64,000 bases of DNA from an uncultured Lachnospiraceae bacterium (GCA_937877165.1 CALEFO010000194.1:45123-109122), one strand, 5' to 3'; counted from the first letter of the stretch, positions 1 through 8,998 are shown. The notes: generated by a model not told the origin, from the letters alone. A program made the numbers and translations.

Positions 1-814
1 CTTCTGCACCGGTCACCCAGTACACCAGAGAAGCCTCATCCGCGCCGGTGTCCTTCACCTTGTTCTCTACGTCAATGATGCCTTCATAGTCTCCCTCGTA
101 GTGGTACAGAACCGTCTGGAACTTCACGCCGATGTCATCGCGCATGCGCCTGGTGAAATTCGCTACCAGCTTCTTCGTGGTATCGTCCGTCGTCGCAACG
201 CCCATCACGTTGAAGGAATAGCTCTCAATCGCGTCCAGATAAGCCTGATAGCTGTCTCCGGTTACACTGGCATTCGTTCCGCCTTCAAGGCTCTTCCCTG
301 CCGTCTCTTCCAGATCCACGCCCGTCTTCCAGGTCACATAATCGTTATCCTTCAGGTCGGCCGCCTTCCCTACGGTCTGCATGTCCACCTTCACCGTGCC
401 GAGGTACAGCGTGACATCGAACAGGGAAGGATTGTCCGCATTCGCCGCAATCACATATTTCAGATCATTGCCGCGGATACCGGAATACTTCGCCGTCGCA
501 TTGTCCGAGGTTGCCTTTCCTCCGCCGCTCTGCAGGTTGTACGCATACAGCGTCGTAATATGCAGGAACAGCTCCCGGACAGGCCGGAGCTTCTCCGACG
601 TGTAGTCATACCCGAAGATCTGCCTGGAATTCTTCAGGAAATCATCCTGCGTCACCTTGAACACACCTTCCGGTCCCCAGTCGAGGAGAAGCGGCATCGT
701 CGCAACGCCGCGCCCGGAAAGACTGTTTCCTGCTGCCTTTACCGAAACAAAATTGATGTATGTGCCCGGAAGCGGCTTGTTCTGCGTTGTAAACGTGCCT
801 CCACCCAATGCCAT
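1..814 (-). CDS. Tail sheath protein, partial (3' end cut by window edge)
   Basis: Same sequence as the N-terminal part of the full sheath gene at 42259..43563 (MALGGGTFTTQNKPLPGTYINF...). Confidence 0.85.
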   Translation of the reverse strand, partial: MALGGGTFTTQNKPLPGTYINFVSVKAAGNSLSGRGVATMPLLLDWGPEGVFKVTQDDFLKNSRQIFGYDYTSEKLRPVRELFLHITTLYAYNLQSGGGKATSDNATAKYSGIRGNDLKYVIAANADNPSLFDVTLYLGTVKVDMQTVGKAADLKDNDYVTWKTGVDLEETAGKSLEGGTNASVTGDSYQAYLDAIESYSFNVMGVATTDDTTKKLVANFTRRMRDDIGVKFQTVLYHYEGDYEGIIDVENKVKDTGADEASLVYWVTGAE

Positions 815-815
815 A

Positions 816-1004
816 TCATTTCACCTTACCTTTCCTGTACTCCTGCACAGCCTCATCGGCTTCCTGCAGGGTGTATTTCCTGTTCCTGTCCAGTACCGCC
901 GCAACGATGTCCCTGTGCGCCTCAAACCGCTTGGAATCCATCAGCTGAGCACCGGTGAAGCGCTGCGGGGCGTCCACTTCGGTCTTTCTTTTTCTGACCG
1001 CCAT
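816..1004 (-). CDS. Small hypothetical protein (62 aa) between neck genes and sheath
   Basis: ORF with a strong RBS (GGAGGTGGAAGG) just upstream of the ATG. Overlaps the 3' end of the upstream gene. Confidence 0.6.
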   Translation of the reverse strand: MAVRKRKTEVDAPQRFTGAQLMDSKRFEAHRDIVAAVLDRNRKYTLQEADEAVQEYRKGKVK

Positions 1005-1447
1005 CCTTCCACCTCCAATTCTGTTTTCTGCTTCTCCATCATCACGGCTTCCGGAGCGGTCCGGATCTCATCCGCCTGAACTCTGGCCGTCATGACAAGC
1101 ACACCGTCTGAAACCGCCGTCTGCTTGTCCGTTGTCCTTACCAGGCGGTCCCCGGCCCGGAAGATTTCCAGACAGTCGAACAGCCTCTCCGCCGCGTCAT
1201 TCATTTCCGCATTCGGTTCCGACGGGCTGCTGACTTCACTTTCCCTGGGAAAATAGCAGATATTCATCAGCCATGTTCTGCGGTACCTTCTCCAGAAATA
1301 GAGATTCTTCCCTGGTGTCACGCAGCGGATATAGAAGCAGGGTCCTTGAAAGCCCTGCTCGCTGTTCTCCGTCCGGATGGGATATCCCTCACCGAATTCT
1401 TCATAAATGGCATTGACCATGCCGTTTATCAACTGTTCTGTCGTCAT
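941..1447 (-). CDS. Neck/tail-completion protein (assigned by position only)
   Basis: 168-aa ORF between the HK97 gp10-like gene and the sheath. Start overlaps the upstream stop. Confidence 0.55.
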   Translation of the reverse strand: MTTEQLINGMVNAIYEEFGEGYPIRTENSEQGFQGPCFYIRCVTPGKNLYFWRRYRRTWLMNICYFPRESEVSSPSEPNAEMNDAAERLFDCLEIFRAGDRLVRTTDKQTAVSDGVLVMTARVQADEIRTAPEAVMMEKQKTELEVEGWRSEKERPKWTPRSASPVLS

Positions 1448-1917
1448 CCGATATGCCTCTTCAGAAACTGTTCAATCTTCTTCTCCAGAAGGGCCGGCGT
1501 CTTGTTCTGTGTTTCCAGCTCCGCCTCCTGCAGCATCATTCTTCCTTCCACCCATCTCCCATTGACCGCCCTGTGTCCGTATTCCACATAGGGGCCATAG
1601 TAAACCGGATTGGTGATCTCAATCACATAGCAGCTGCCTTCTTTCCGCACATGGAGCTTGTTTGCATAGGCCGCAATGTTCTTGACATCTTTTCCCCCCG
1701 TCCAGCCGCGGACAAGCGTTCCTCCCGTCTTTGGAGATTTGGGCGGATACACGCCTTTTGGTGTACGCGGAATTACCTGCTCCAGAAGGAGCGCCGCGAT
1801 ATTCTTCGCACAGGATTCATAGAACTTCTCCAGCTCCATTCCCTGCCCATCCGTCAGATCATGAAGCTGCTTCTGCAGCCGTTTCAGATCTCCCGCGTCT
1901 GCTTCTCCAAGGCTCAT
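1444..1917 (-). CDS. HK97 gp10-family head-tail protein
   Basis: 157 aa containing NPVYYGPYVEYGH, typical of the HK97 gp10 family. Sits in the connector gene block. Confidence 0.75.
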   Translation of the reverse strand: MSLGEADAGDLKRLQKQLHDLTDGQGMELEKFYESCAKNIAALLLEQVIPRTPKGVYPPKSPKTGGTLVRGWTGGKDVKNIAAYANKLHVRKEGSCYVIEITNPVYYGPYVEYGHRAVNGRWVEGRMMLQEAELETQNKTPALLEKKIEQFLKRHIG

Positions 1918-2279
1918 GCGTAATCCTCCAAAGGCTCCAGCATGTACTCGCAGTGCGTCTGATAGGATGCCGGGATTCCGGACCGCTTCCAGTCGCTCAC
2001 GGCACCGGTTGCCCGTACCACATGGACCCTGCTGCCCGGACGGATCCTCACATCCGGGGCAGTAAAGAGTTTTACCGACTGCGTGACCGTATCGTTTCCC
2101 GATCCTTCTGCCGACTGCGCAATGCTGGAAAAGGAAAGACGGCAGGGAATGTCCGTGTAGACCTCCCGCACCGTCTTTTTCGTTCTGTGTGTCATTTCAT
2201 CCGCAGTGTCGGTCTGTTCGTATACCGTACAGGTGTCTTCGAACAGACTGTTCACCGCCTTCTGGTTTCTCACCAGCAC
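1914..2279 (-). CDS. Head closure / head-tail adaptor protein
   Basis: 121 aa, size and position typical of SPP1 gp16-like head-tail joining proteins. Overlapping start/stop with neighbours. Confidence 0.65.
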   Translation of the reverse strand: MLVRNQKAVNSLFEDTCTVYEQTDTADEMTHRTKKTVREVYTDIPCRLSFSSIAQSAEGSGNDTVTQSVKLFTAPDVRIRPGSRVHVVRATGAVSDWKRSGIPASYQTHCEYMLEPLEDYA

Positions 2280-2674
2280 ATTTTTCGGTATCGTAACAGC
2301 TCATCCTTTCTTCCGCTCAGAAGATCCTCAATCATCGCTTTCACCCGGACCGCCGGACTGCTGGCATCTCCTGCGTTATAGCTGATCTGCGTATCTCCGA
2401 TCTTCAGGGACGATACTCCCGACTCAATGCCAAAGAGTTCATCCAGCTTCCCGGTGTTATACAGATCCTTCAGGAAATGCCCGCACGCCATATCTGCCAT
2501 GACATAGCGAAGGCCGTCCGGAACATCCGGCAGGTGGCAGAAATTGCGGATATACTGATCTGCCCGAAGGAGCGCGTCTTCCAGTGCTTCCTTCGTCTCT
2601 TCGCTGTCATCGACTGTAAAGCCTTTCTGCTTCAGGGTCCGCTTTGTGAGGCGGAGCATTTCATACATATCCAC
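2270..2674 (-). CDS. gp6-like head-tail connector protein
   Basis: 134-aa ORF directly downstream of the major capsid gene. Confidence 0.65.
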   Translation of the reverse strand: MDMYEMLRLTKRTLKQKGFTVDDSEETKEALEDALLRADQYIRNFCHLPDVPDGLRYVMADMACGHFLKDLYNTGKLDELFGIESGVSSLKIGDTQISYNAGDASSPAVRVKAMIEDLLSGRKDELLRYRKMCW

Positions 2675-2688
2675 ATCTGCCTCCCGTC

Positions 2689-3891
2689 TTATCCTCTGGA
2701 AATAATGCGGGCAATCGGAATTGCCTTGTGGGAAATCGCATTCTCACCATCATTCACCAGGGACCAGTTCGCGCCGGTCTTCAGCTCTGCATCGGTCGGG
2801 CTGTTCGTTGCCTGAGAACTCTTCGTGTAAGAAATTCCCGCTACGCTGACCGCGTTTCTCTTGCGGCTGATCAGCGTATCCTCGCCGCCCGCCGTCTTGG
2901 CATCACGCACCATCTCATAGGGTACCTTCGCTCCCAGATCCTCGAAGCCGATTGCGCCGTCACCAAGGATGTAGGAGGTATATTTCGTTCCTGCTGCCAG
3001 GGACAGAACATATTCACCCGCTGCAATGTCCTTGATGCTCTTCGCTACCGTTGCCTTCAGGACCTGCGCACCGGTCGGAGTGCCGTCCTCAATGACTTCC
3101 AGCGCACCCTCTGCAGATCTCACCGTCCGCACATAGGTTGCCGCTGCATCTTCGGTCGGCATGCTATCATCGACCACTACCAGCTTGCCGTTCCAGGTGC
3201 CGAGGGAAAGATCTCTCTCAATTCCCTGCGGATCCGTGTACTTCAGGTAGGTCAGAAGCTTTAAGTTCTCCAGATTGGTGGAAATCGCGGAGTGCACGAA
3301 CACCAGGCTGAACTTCTGCTTGTGATCGCCGCAGGCCTTCTGAACCGCCTTGTTCAGGGTGGTTGCCTCCATCACGTTGTGATCCGTCGCGGATACATCC
3401 AGCGTGTGCTTGTCCACGAACTCTGCGTTCGCCTTCTTGATGTCACCGGTTCCGGTTGCCGACATTGCAAAAATGCCATCCAGAATCGCCAGAAGCGTAT
3501 TCTGATCCACCGTGTTCCAGTACTCCACCAGCTGTGCACGGACATTGGCCATGAAATCCACGCCGCCGGTCACATCATAGGAGAAGTCCGCCTCGGTCCA
3601 TCCGTGCATGCGGCCGTAGGTAAACACACCCTGCTCGAAGGTCTTCGTCCGATCGGTCTTCACGTCCGTCTGGCCGTCATAGTTCTGCGGCTCTCCGCCG
3701 AGAAGTCCGAAGTAAGGCAGCACCGCATAGACACTTCCCGTCTGGGAATTGTCCTTGAATGCCTCCCGGAGCCTTGCGTCTCCCGTGATCGCGCGGGAAG
3801 AGCGCAGCTTATTCAGCCGGACATTCGGGACTGCACTCATATACTTGCCGAATGCCTGCTCATTGAAACTCTTTGCGTCAAATTTACCCAT
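2689..3891 (-). CDS. Major capsid protein
   Basis: 400-aa ORF immediately after the scaffold gene, in the canonical position and size range. Confidence 0.8.
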   Translation of the reverse strand: MGKFDAKSFNEQAFGKYMSAVPNVRLNKLRSSRAITGDARLREAFKDNSQTGSVYAVLPYFGLLGGEPQNYDGQTDVKTDRTKTFEQGVFTYGRMHGWTEADFSYDVTGGVDFMANVRAQLVEYWNTVDQNTLLAILDGIFAMSATGTGDIKKANAEFVDKHTLDVSATDHNVMEATTLNKAVQKACGDHKQKFSLVFVHSAISTNLENLKLLTYLKYTDPQGIERDLSLGTWNGKLVVVDDSMPTEDAAATYVRTVRSAEGALEVIEDGTPTGAQVLKATVAKSIKDIAAGEYVLSLAAGTKYTSYILGDGAIGFEDLGAKVPYEMVRDAKTAGGEDTLISRKRNAVSVAGISYTKSSQATNSPTDAELKTGANWSLVNDGENAISHKAIPIARIISRG

Positions 3892-3904
3892 TGTTCATCC
3901 TTTC

Positions 3905-4507
3905 TTACCCTTCCGGGTTTTCCTTTGCCTGAGCAACAAAGTCTTCATAGGACATCTTCGCAGGGTCCGTCTCTCTTCCGGACGGATCAATATCCCCCGA
4001 TTCTCCCGGCTTTGCGCCCTTGATTGTTGCCTTCTTCTCGCTGAACAGAAACCTTGAATCCTCCGCACCCTTCAGAGCCTTCAGCTGTGCATCCAGTCCC
4101 TTCACGGTTCCGTCATCCGCAAGCTCGGCTTTGTCCAGGTCAAGCAATGCGCGGACCGCCTTCGCGTTTCTCGCACCGGATTCCGTCAGTGCCTTCTCTA
4201 CCGCATTGTCAATCCGGAGCTGCTTCATCTCCGCTTTGTGTGCCTCCACAGCCGCCTTGTTGTCTTCCTGGAGCTGTGTGATCTGTTCCTGAAGCTCCTT
4301 CTGGTCCTTCGCTGCCTTCTTCAGATCGTTCAGCTGCTTGTCACGCTCCGTGATCTGATCCTTGTAGCCGTCACGCTCCTTCGTCAGCTCTTCGATCTGC
4401 GCGTTCAATCCCTCTTTGGCGTGTTCGATGTTCTCGCCGTTCTCCTTCATGATCGCATCGACCTGCTCCTTGGTAAGTCCCATGTCTTCCAGCATTTTTC
4501 TGTTCAT
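3905..4507 (-). CDS. Scaffolding protein (GP20-like)
   Basis: 200 aa, coiled-coil and rich in K/E/Q. N-terminus MGLTKEQVDAIMKENGENIE resembles GP20 scaffolds. Confidence 0.8.
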   Translation of the reverse strand: MNRKMLEDMGLTKEQVDAIMKENGENIEHAKEGLNAQIEELTKERDGYKDQITERDKQLNDLKKAAKDQKELQEQITQLQEDNKAAVEAHKAEMKQLRIDNAVEKALTESGARNAKAVRALLDLDKAELADDGTVKGLDAQLKALKGAEDSRFLFSEKKATIKGAKPGESGDIDPSGRETDPAKMSYEDFVAQAKENPEG

Positions 4508-4587
4508 GCTTCCATCCTCTCTACGCTTTTAACGAGTGCGCTCTCCTGTGTTGGTTGGTTTTGCCCGCTTTACGCCCGGACCGGCAA

Positions 4588-4658
4588 AGCCGCCAGCAGG
4601 AATTGAACCTGCGCTTGTCACCCTTCCGGGTACCGCTCTCCTTCTGAGCTATGACGGC
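4588..4658 (-). ncRNA. tRNA-like element with non-canonical anticodon arm
   Basis: Minus-strand read: GCCGTCA TA GCTC AGAAGGA GAGC G GTACCCGGAAGGGTGAC AAGC GCAGG TTCAATT CCTGC TGGCGGC T. Acceptor, D and T arms are canonical. The anticodon region folds best as GGTACCC-GGAA-GGGTGAC. Confidence 0.5.
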
Positions 4659-4660
4659 AT

Positions 4661-4692
4661 AAGAAAACCGCCCGGATTTCTTCAGGGCGGCC
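4661..4692 (-). terminator. Rho-independent terminator
   Basis: Minus strand GGCCGCCC-loop-GGGCGG followed by TTTTCTT, after the gene at 4729..5106. Confidence 0.6.
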
Positions 4693-4728
4693 TGTATATA
4701 AACGAATTGGTTATTCTCTATATGATTT

Positions 4729-5106
4729 CTACATACTCAGCATCTTCTGAATCAGAAGCTGATCCGGAATTTCAAATTTCACTTCTCCGGTCACCGGATT
4801 GGAATCCACATATCTGAGACCTGAGAAAATGAACCTCTGGCTTTGCTTTTCTCCTTCTACTGTCCCCTCTGCTTCATAAACAGCCGCTTCCGTAAACGGC
4901 TGGTCCGTCCAGTATTCCATCTCCTCCCCCACAATGAAGGAAGCATAAATCCGTTTCTCCTGCCGGTACCGCTTTCCGAGAATATTCACATAAGAGATTC
5001 TTTCCGTGATTTCTACTTTTCCGCTGAAATCCGCAATCTGAAACCGTCTCCCCGCCGAAATGGCACTCAGCTTTCCGTCGCTGATTCTCAATTCTTTCAG
5101 GATCAT
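4729..5106 (-). CDS. Hypothetical protein (125 aa)
   Basis: Start moved to MILKEL, which has the RBS AAGGGGGA. The ORF track starts 18 nt upstream. Confidence 0.6.
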   Translation of the reverse strand: MILKELRISDGKLSAISAGRRFQIADFSGKVEITERISYVNILGKRYRQEKRIYASFIVGEEMEYWTDQPFTEAAVYEAEGTVEGEKQSQRFIFSGLRYVDSNPVTGEVKFEIPDQLLIQKMLSM

Positions 5107-5170
5107 TGTTTTCCCCCTTCGCATTCATTGCATAAAAAATCCACCGGTCATTTCTGACTGGTGGTCTTTC

Positions 5171-5512
5171 TCAAAGTCCCGGGCAAATCTCTTTCAAGGT
5201 TTCCAGGAACTTCTTTGCTTTTTCAATGGTGGAATTGTTCTGCAGATATTCAATACCCGCCGGCGTGATTTCCAGATTCTCCGTGAGCTTCACGCCCTTC
5301 GCCGCGCCCGCAATACTGACGATTGCCACACCGTCCACATATCCACTGCGCTGCAGGTTCTTCATGATATAGGTCCAATACTTCTGATTGACCGGGAAAG
5401 CGTCCGTCCCGTATGTCAGATATCCCTGTGAAGGATCCTCTCCTCTTTTCAGGCACTCATACAGATAGGCAAGCACCCTGCAGATAATAACAAAATAATC
5501 ATCTTTGGACAT
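5171..5512 (-). CDS. YjcQ-family protein
   Basis: 113 aa with N-terminus DYFVIICRVLAYLYECLKRGE and ...TPAGIEYLQNNS, recognised as the YjcQ winged-helix type. Confidence 0.65.
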   Translation of the reverse strand: MSKDDYFVIICRVLAYLYECLKRGEDPSQGYLTYGTDAFPVNQKYWTYIMKNLQRSGYVDGVAIVSIAGAAKGVKLTENLEITPAGIEYLQNNSTIEKAKKFLETLKEICPGL

Positions 5513-5515
5513 CGG

Positions 5516-5713
5516 TTATTCCTCAACGATTTCCCACTTGCCGCCTTTCCCTTCCGATCGGAAGAGCGGGGCCGGTCGTGTCATCGAATACAGATAATCT
5601 TCGCCGCTGTCATCGATCACACGATACCAGCCGTTTTCCTCTTTCGCGTCGTATATTTTCCCATCGGTAAGCCCATCCGGCCCGAACGACTCCCCTACAT
5701 ATCTGAGTTTCAT
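5516..5713 (-). CDS. Small conserved protein, paralog 1 (65 aa)
   Basis: About 90% identical to the product of 5912..6118 (MKLRYVGESFG..GKIYDAKEENGWY..). Confidence 0.7.
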   Translation of the reverse strand: MKLRYVGESFGPDGLTDGKIYDAKEENGWYRVIDDSGEDYLYSMTRPAPLFRSEGKGGKWEIVEE

Positions 5714-5735
5714 TTCACCTCTTCCTCGTGATGCT

Positions 5736-5915
5736 TTATATTACCTTTGATCCGTCTTTATACGCCCGCCTGGCTTCATTGAGGCTCATGATATTGGCTC
5801 CACCTCTCATGTCAGGATGTTCTTCCTGAATAGGATCATTTTCCCATGAACAGACGGAACAAATATCATATTCTCTTACTTTCTCTTTTCCGCAACAGGG
5901 ACAATATTCTTTCAT
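5736..5915 (-). CDS. CPCC-family cysteine-rich protein (59 aa, below the ORF-track cutoff)
   Basis: Hand translation: MKEYCPCCGKEKVREYDICSVCSWENDPIQEEHPDMRGGANIMSLNEARRAYKDGSKVI. ATGA overlap with the upstream stop. Confidence 0.7.
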   Translation of the reverse strand: MKEYCPCCGKEKVREYDICSVCSWENDPIQEEHPDMRGGANIMSLNEARRAYKDGSKVI

Positions 5916-6118
5916 TTCGGATCTTCCTCAACGATTTCCCATCTTCCGCCTTTCCCTTCTGACCGGAAAAGCGGGGCCGGTCGTGTCATCGAATACAGGT
6001 AATCTTCGCCGCTGTCATCGATCACATGATACCAACCGTTTTCCTCTTTCGCGTCGTATATTTTCCCATTGGTGAGTCCCTCTACTCCGAACGACTCTCC
6101 TACATATCTGAGTTTCAT
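5912..6118 (-). CDS. Small conserved protein, paralog 2 (68 aa)
   Basis: Paralog of 5516..5713. Overlaps the stop of the Mu-F-like gene. Confidence 0.7.
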   Translation of the reverse strand: MKLRYVGESFGVEGLTNGKIYDAKEENGWYHVIDDSGEDYLYSMTRPAPLFRSEGKGGRWEIVEEDPK

Positions 6119-7452
6119 TTTCTCTCTTTTTGTGATTTTATTTTTGGACGGTACATTTTACCCTCTCGCTCGTACCAATGCACATCAAAAACGTATTTAT
6201 CACTGGTGATTTTCCCGACAAACTTGGACCACTCTTCCGGCTTTCCTCCCAAGTCTCTCGAAAAATCCTCTGCATGGCGGAATTCTGTTTCTGATCCTCT
6301 GCCTGCAATAACTTTTGCATTTGTGATTGATGCATTCTTCGGAATATATCCGCTCTCTTTATTATACTCAAATTCCAACGGCTCTGATAAAGATTTTCCC
6401 GTTGTCGATGGCGGGAGAAATTCGTTTTTCCACTCCTTATAGCTCATATTCCGGACCGTGATCGTCTTGCCGGTCTCCGGATCCCTTGCAGCACGTACCG
6501 ACGCCCGGAATTCTTCTCCCAGATAGGGGCATGTACAGCCTCGGCATCTGGGATGAAAGGGCGGGGCCGTCACACCGATCTCGAATTGTTCCATCGGATA
6601 GTGTCTGCTGTCCATATCACCGCAGAAGTCACAGGTAAGGCCGTCCAGTGTTTCCACGATTTCGTATTCCTCAACGCCCAGCTCCTCGAAGCTTTCCTTC
6701 TGCGCAATGTTTCCGATGGCAGCCGATTCCGTCATGACCAGTGTACCAGCTTTCATCTTCGCGTTCTTCACGCTGCTGTCCACGTACTTCTCCATGGCCT
6801 TGATGGCACGATCCGGAGAATCGCCGGTTGCAATCTGCCTTGTCAGCTCCCGGTGAAGCTCTCCCACCATCTTCGTCTTGTTCTCCCAGATCCGATCCGA
6901 GAAGTTCTTGCCGTCCGGGGCCCACGGATTCCTTACCGCGATGTCCATGGCCTTCTGGTTCACGCCTCCGACCTGCCAGCCGACACCGACGCCCTTCTGT
7001 ACTTCATAGGCAGTATGGTAGTAGCTGTCCTCGTAGATCTTCGTGAGTGCCCTGCCGGTTGCCGCCAGCTCCACGCCGTAGGCCTCTTCGACAAAGTTCC
7101 GGAGCTGCAGCTTCATCGCGTCCAGTCTGGTGATATGTGCCCGGGCGGATGCGTTCTCCAGCTCATGATTCCATTCTCCGGTGTTCGCATTCTCCCGTCC
7201 CTTTTCTATGTACTGCTGCACATCCCATCGGAATTCGTCCAGCTCACCCTTCCGCAGCATCTGCCGGGCTTTCTCGTAGCTGACGCCATTTTCATCTGCA
7301 ATCCGGTTCAGCCATTTCTCGATCTGCTTGTTCAGCTCCCGCTGCGCATCAGAGAAGGCTGCTTCTGCCTCTTTATAGGCTTCCTCCCCGGTTTTATGGC
7401 CGGATGCCTCGATCTGACGCATCCGCTTTTTCCAATAGCTACTGTTTTCCAT
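6115..7452 (-). CDS. Head morphogenesis protein (Mu F / SPP1 gp7 family) with C-terminal extension
   Basis: 445 aa directly after the portal gene. Contains PFHPRCRGCTCPY, typical of the family. About 110 extra C-terminal residues are unassigned. Confidence 0.85.
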   Translation of the reverse strand: MENSSYWKKRMRQIEASGHKTGEEAYKEAEAAFSDAQRELNKQIEKWLNRIADENGVSYEKARQMLRKGELDEFRWDVQQYIEKGRENANTGEWNHELENASARAHITRLDAMKLQLRNFVEEAYGVELAATGRALTKIYEDSYYHTAYEVQKGVGVGWQVGGVNQKAMDIAVRNPWAPDGKNFSDRIWENKTKMVGELHRELTRQIATGDSPDRAIKAMEKYVDSSVKNAKMKAGTLVMTESAAIGNIAQKESFEELGVEEYEIVETLDGLTCDFCGDMDSRHYPMEQFEIGVTAPPFHPRCRGCTCPYLGEEFRASVRAARDPETGKTITVRNMSYKEWKNEFLPPSTTGKSLSEPLEFEYNKESGYIPKNASITNAKVIAGRGSETEFRHAEDFSRDLGGKPEEWSKFVGKITSDKYVFDVHWYEREGKMYRPKIKSQKERK

Positions 7453-8998
7453 CCTTTACGCCGGATTTATCCTCTTTTCCCGTCCTGCTGCCGTCTCCGC
7501 CTTCCGGATCATCGTCCGGATCCTTGCCGCCTGCTGCCTTCTGATGCAGATCGTCATAGAATCCGTACTGCTCCATGTTTTCCTGCTTCTGCTTCTCCAG
7601 ACGCTTCATCTCCGCCTGTGGATCCGTCACCCACGGATGCTGTGCAATCAGTGTTTCATCCGACAGGATGCCCTCCGAATTCCGGATGTTGTTGATCACA
7701 TCCGTCTCATTCATCATCATGTCGCGGTTGAAGATCACCTCGACCGTCTCCCCGGTGAAGTCTCCGGCCCCGGTATTGGCAAGGTGCGCATTCACGAACC
7801 ACAGGAGCTGTTCCATGGATGCCTGGAACTCCGTCTCCATGTTGTTGGCATCCAGATCGATGTCGTTGTACATGGACTGAATGTTCATCTGGTTCGGGGA
7901 TCCGGCCAGACGGTCATCCTTCGCATCGTAGCCCATGCAATTCTCAATGATGGCCTTCTTCAGAATCTCGATGATGGCCTTGTAATTCTCCGCATTCACA
8001 GAGACCTGAAGCGTGGATACGCCTCCTTCTGTGCCGTTGTCGCTGTTTACCTTCACAGCGCCGTAGGTGGCAAGATTCTCGCGGAACTCTCCCAGATCCT
8101 GCCCGTCATAGTTCAGAAGGACCAGAATCGTGTTGCGGGAATCTTCGCGCATGTTGTCGCAGAAGTTCGACAGAATGGTGTTGATGGCATCCTGCAGGCT
8201 CTTCGCGCTCTTGATCAGCGGAATCTCATCATCGTTACTCTTGAACGGGATCAGCGGAATCTTCGACCAGTTGTATCCGGTCTCGTTCCCTTCCTCATCC
8301 GATACCATCAGATAGTCCTGATGATACGGCTCGCACGGCGTCAGGCTGATTCCGCCCGTCGGTGACTCGAAATAATCAATGCCGTGTTCCGTGTATACTT
8401 CCACCTTCCACAGAATCCGCTCCAGATTCTTCCCTTCGAAGAGCCGGATCGGATAAATGCGATAGGCATATTCCAGAACGCTGTGTTCGGCATCCTTCCA
8501 ACCTGGACAGACTTCATAGCCGGGGAATACCCGGAAGTCCAGCGTTCCGTTGTCGTTGTAGGTCGGGAAAATCCAGCAGATCCCCTCATTCAGGCTGTGC
8601 TTCGCCACAGACTTGATCTTTCTGGCAAAGGCTTTGTTGAATACCTTTCCAAGCGCTTTCGCATATGCCTTGTTGTCGCTTCGGAAGGTAATCGGCTTTC
8701 CCACCAGATAGTTGGTCTTCTGAATGACCATCTTCCGGTACTGGTTGTCTTCCAGACGGCTGTTCGGCAGATTATGAAGCACAACCGGCTTTCCATCCTC
8801 TCCGATCGCCGTCCGCTTCTTCTGCAGGATTTCCTGTTCTCCGGTGTAGTACCGGTATCCGTCGACCATCATCCGCCGCTCCGGTGACGAGAGGAAAAGG
8901 CTGATTTCCTTCTCCATGAATTCCCGTTCCGTCATGCAGCTCTGTGCACCCTCACGGATGATCCGGTTGATATTGTCAATCATGCTGAAATCAAACAT
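7439..8998 (-). CDS. Portal protein (SPP1 gp6-like)
   Basis: 519 aa downstream of terL, with an acidic C-terminal tail. Confidence 0.9.
   Translation of the reverse strand: MFDFSMIDNINRIIREGAQSCMTEREFMEKEISLFLSSPERRMMVDGYRYYTGEQEILQKKRTAIGEDGKPVVLHNLPNSRLEDNQYRKMVIQKTNYLVGKPITFRSDNKAYAKALGKVFNKAFARKIKSVAKHSLNEGICWIFPTYNDNGTLDFRVFPGYEVCPGWKDAEHSVLEYAYRIYPIRLFEGKNLERILWKVEVYTEHGIDYFESPTGGISLTPCEPYHQDYLMVSDEEGNETGYNWSKIPLIPFKSNDDEIPLIKSAKSLQDAINTILSNFCDNMREDSRNTILVLLNYDGQDLGEFRENLATYGAVKVNSDNGTEGGVSTLQVSVNAENYKAIIEILKKAIIENCMGYDAKDDRLAGSPNQMNIQSMYNDIDLDANNMETEFQASMEQLLWFVNAHLANTGAGDFTGETVEVIFNRDMMMNETDVINNIRNSEGILSDETLIAQHPWVTDPQAEMKRLEKQKQENMEQYGFYDDLHQKAAGGKDPDDDPEGGDGSRTGKEDKSGVKDGKQ

Noticed and set aside
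4588-4658. Calling the element a functional tRNA-Phe(GAA).
   Set aside because: The anticodon stem has two central mismatches in the canonical register, and position 33 is G rather than U. The alternative closed tetraloop fold is more stable. I kept it as tRNA-like only.
4508-4728. The tRNA-like element as the phage attachment site.
   Set aside because: It lies in the middle of the head operon, 20 kb from the integrase. The integrase is also a serine recombinase, a class that does not typically target tRNA 3' ends.
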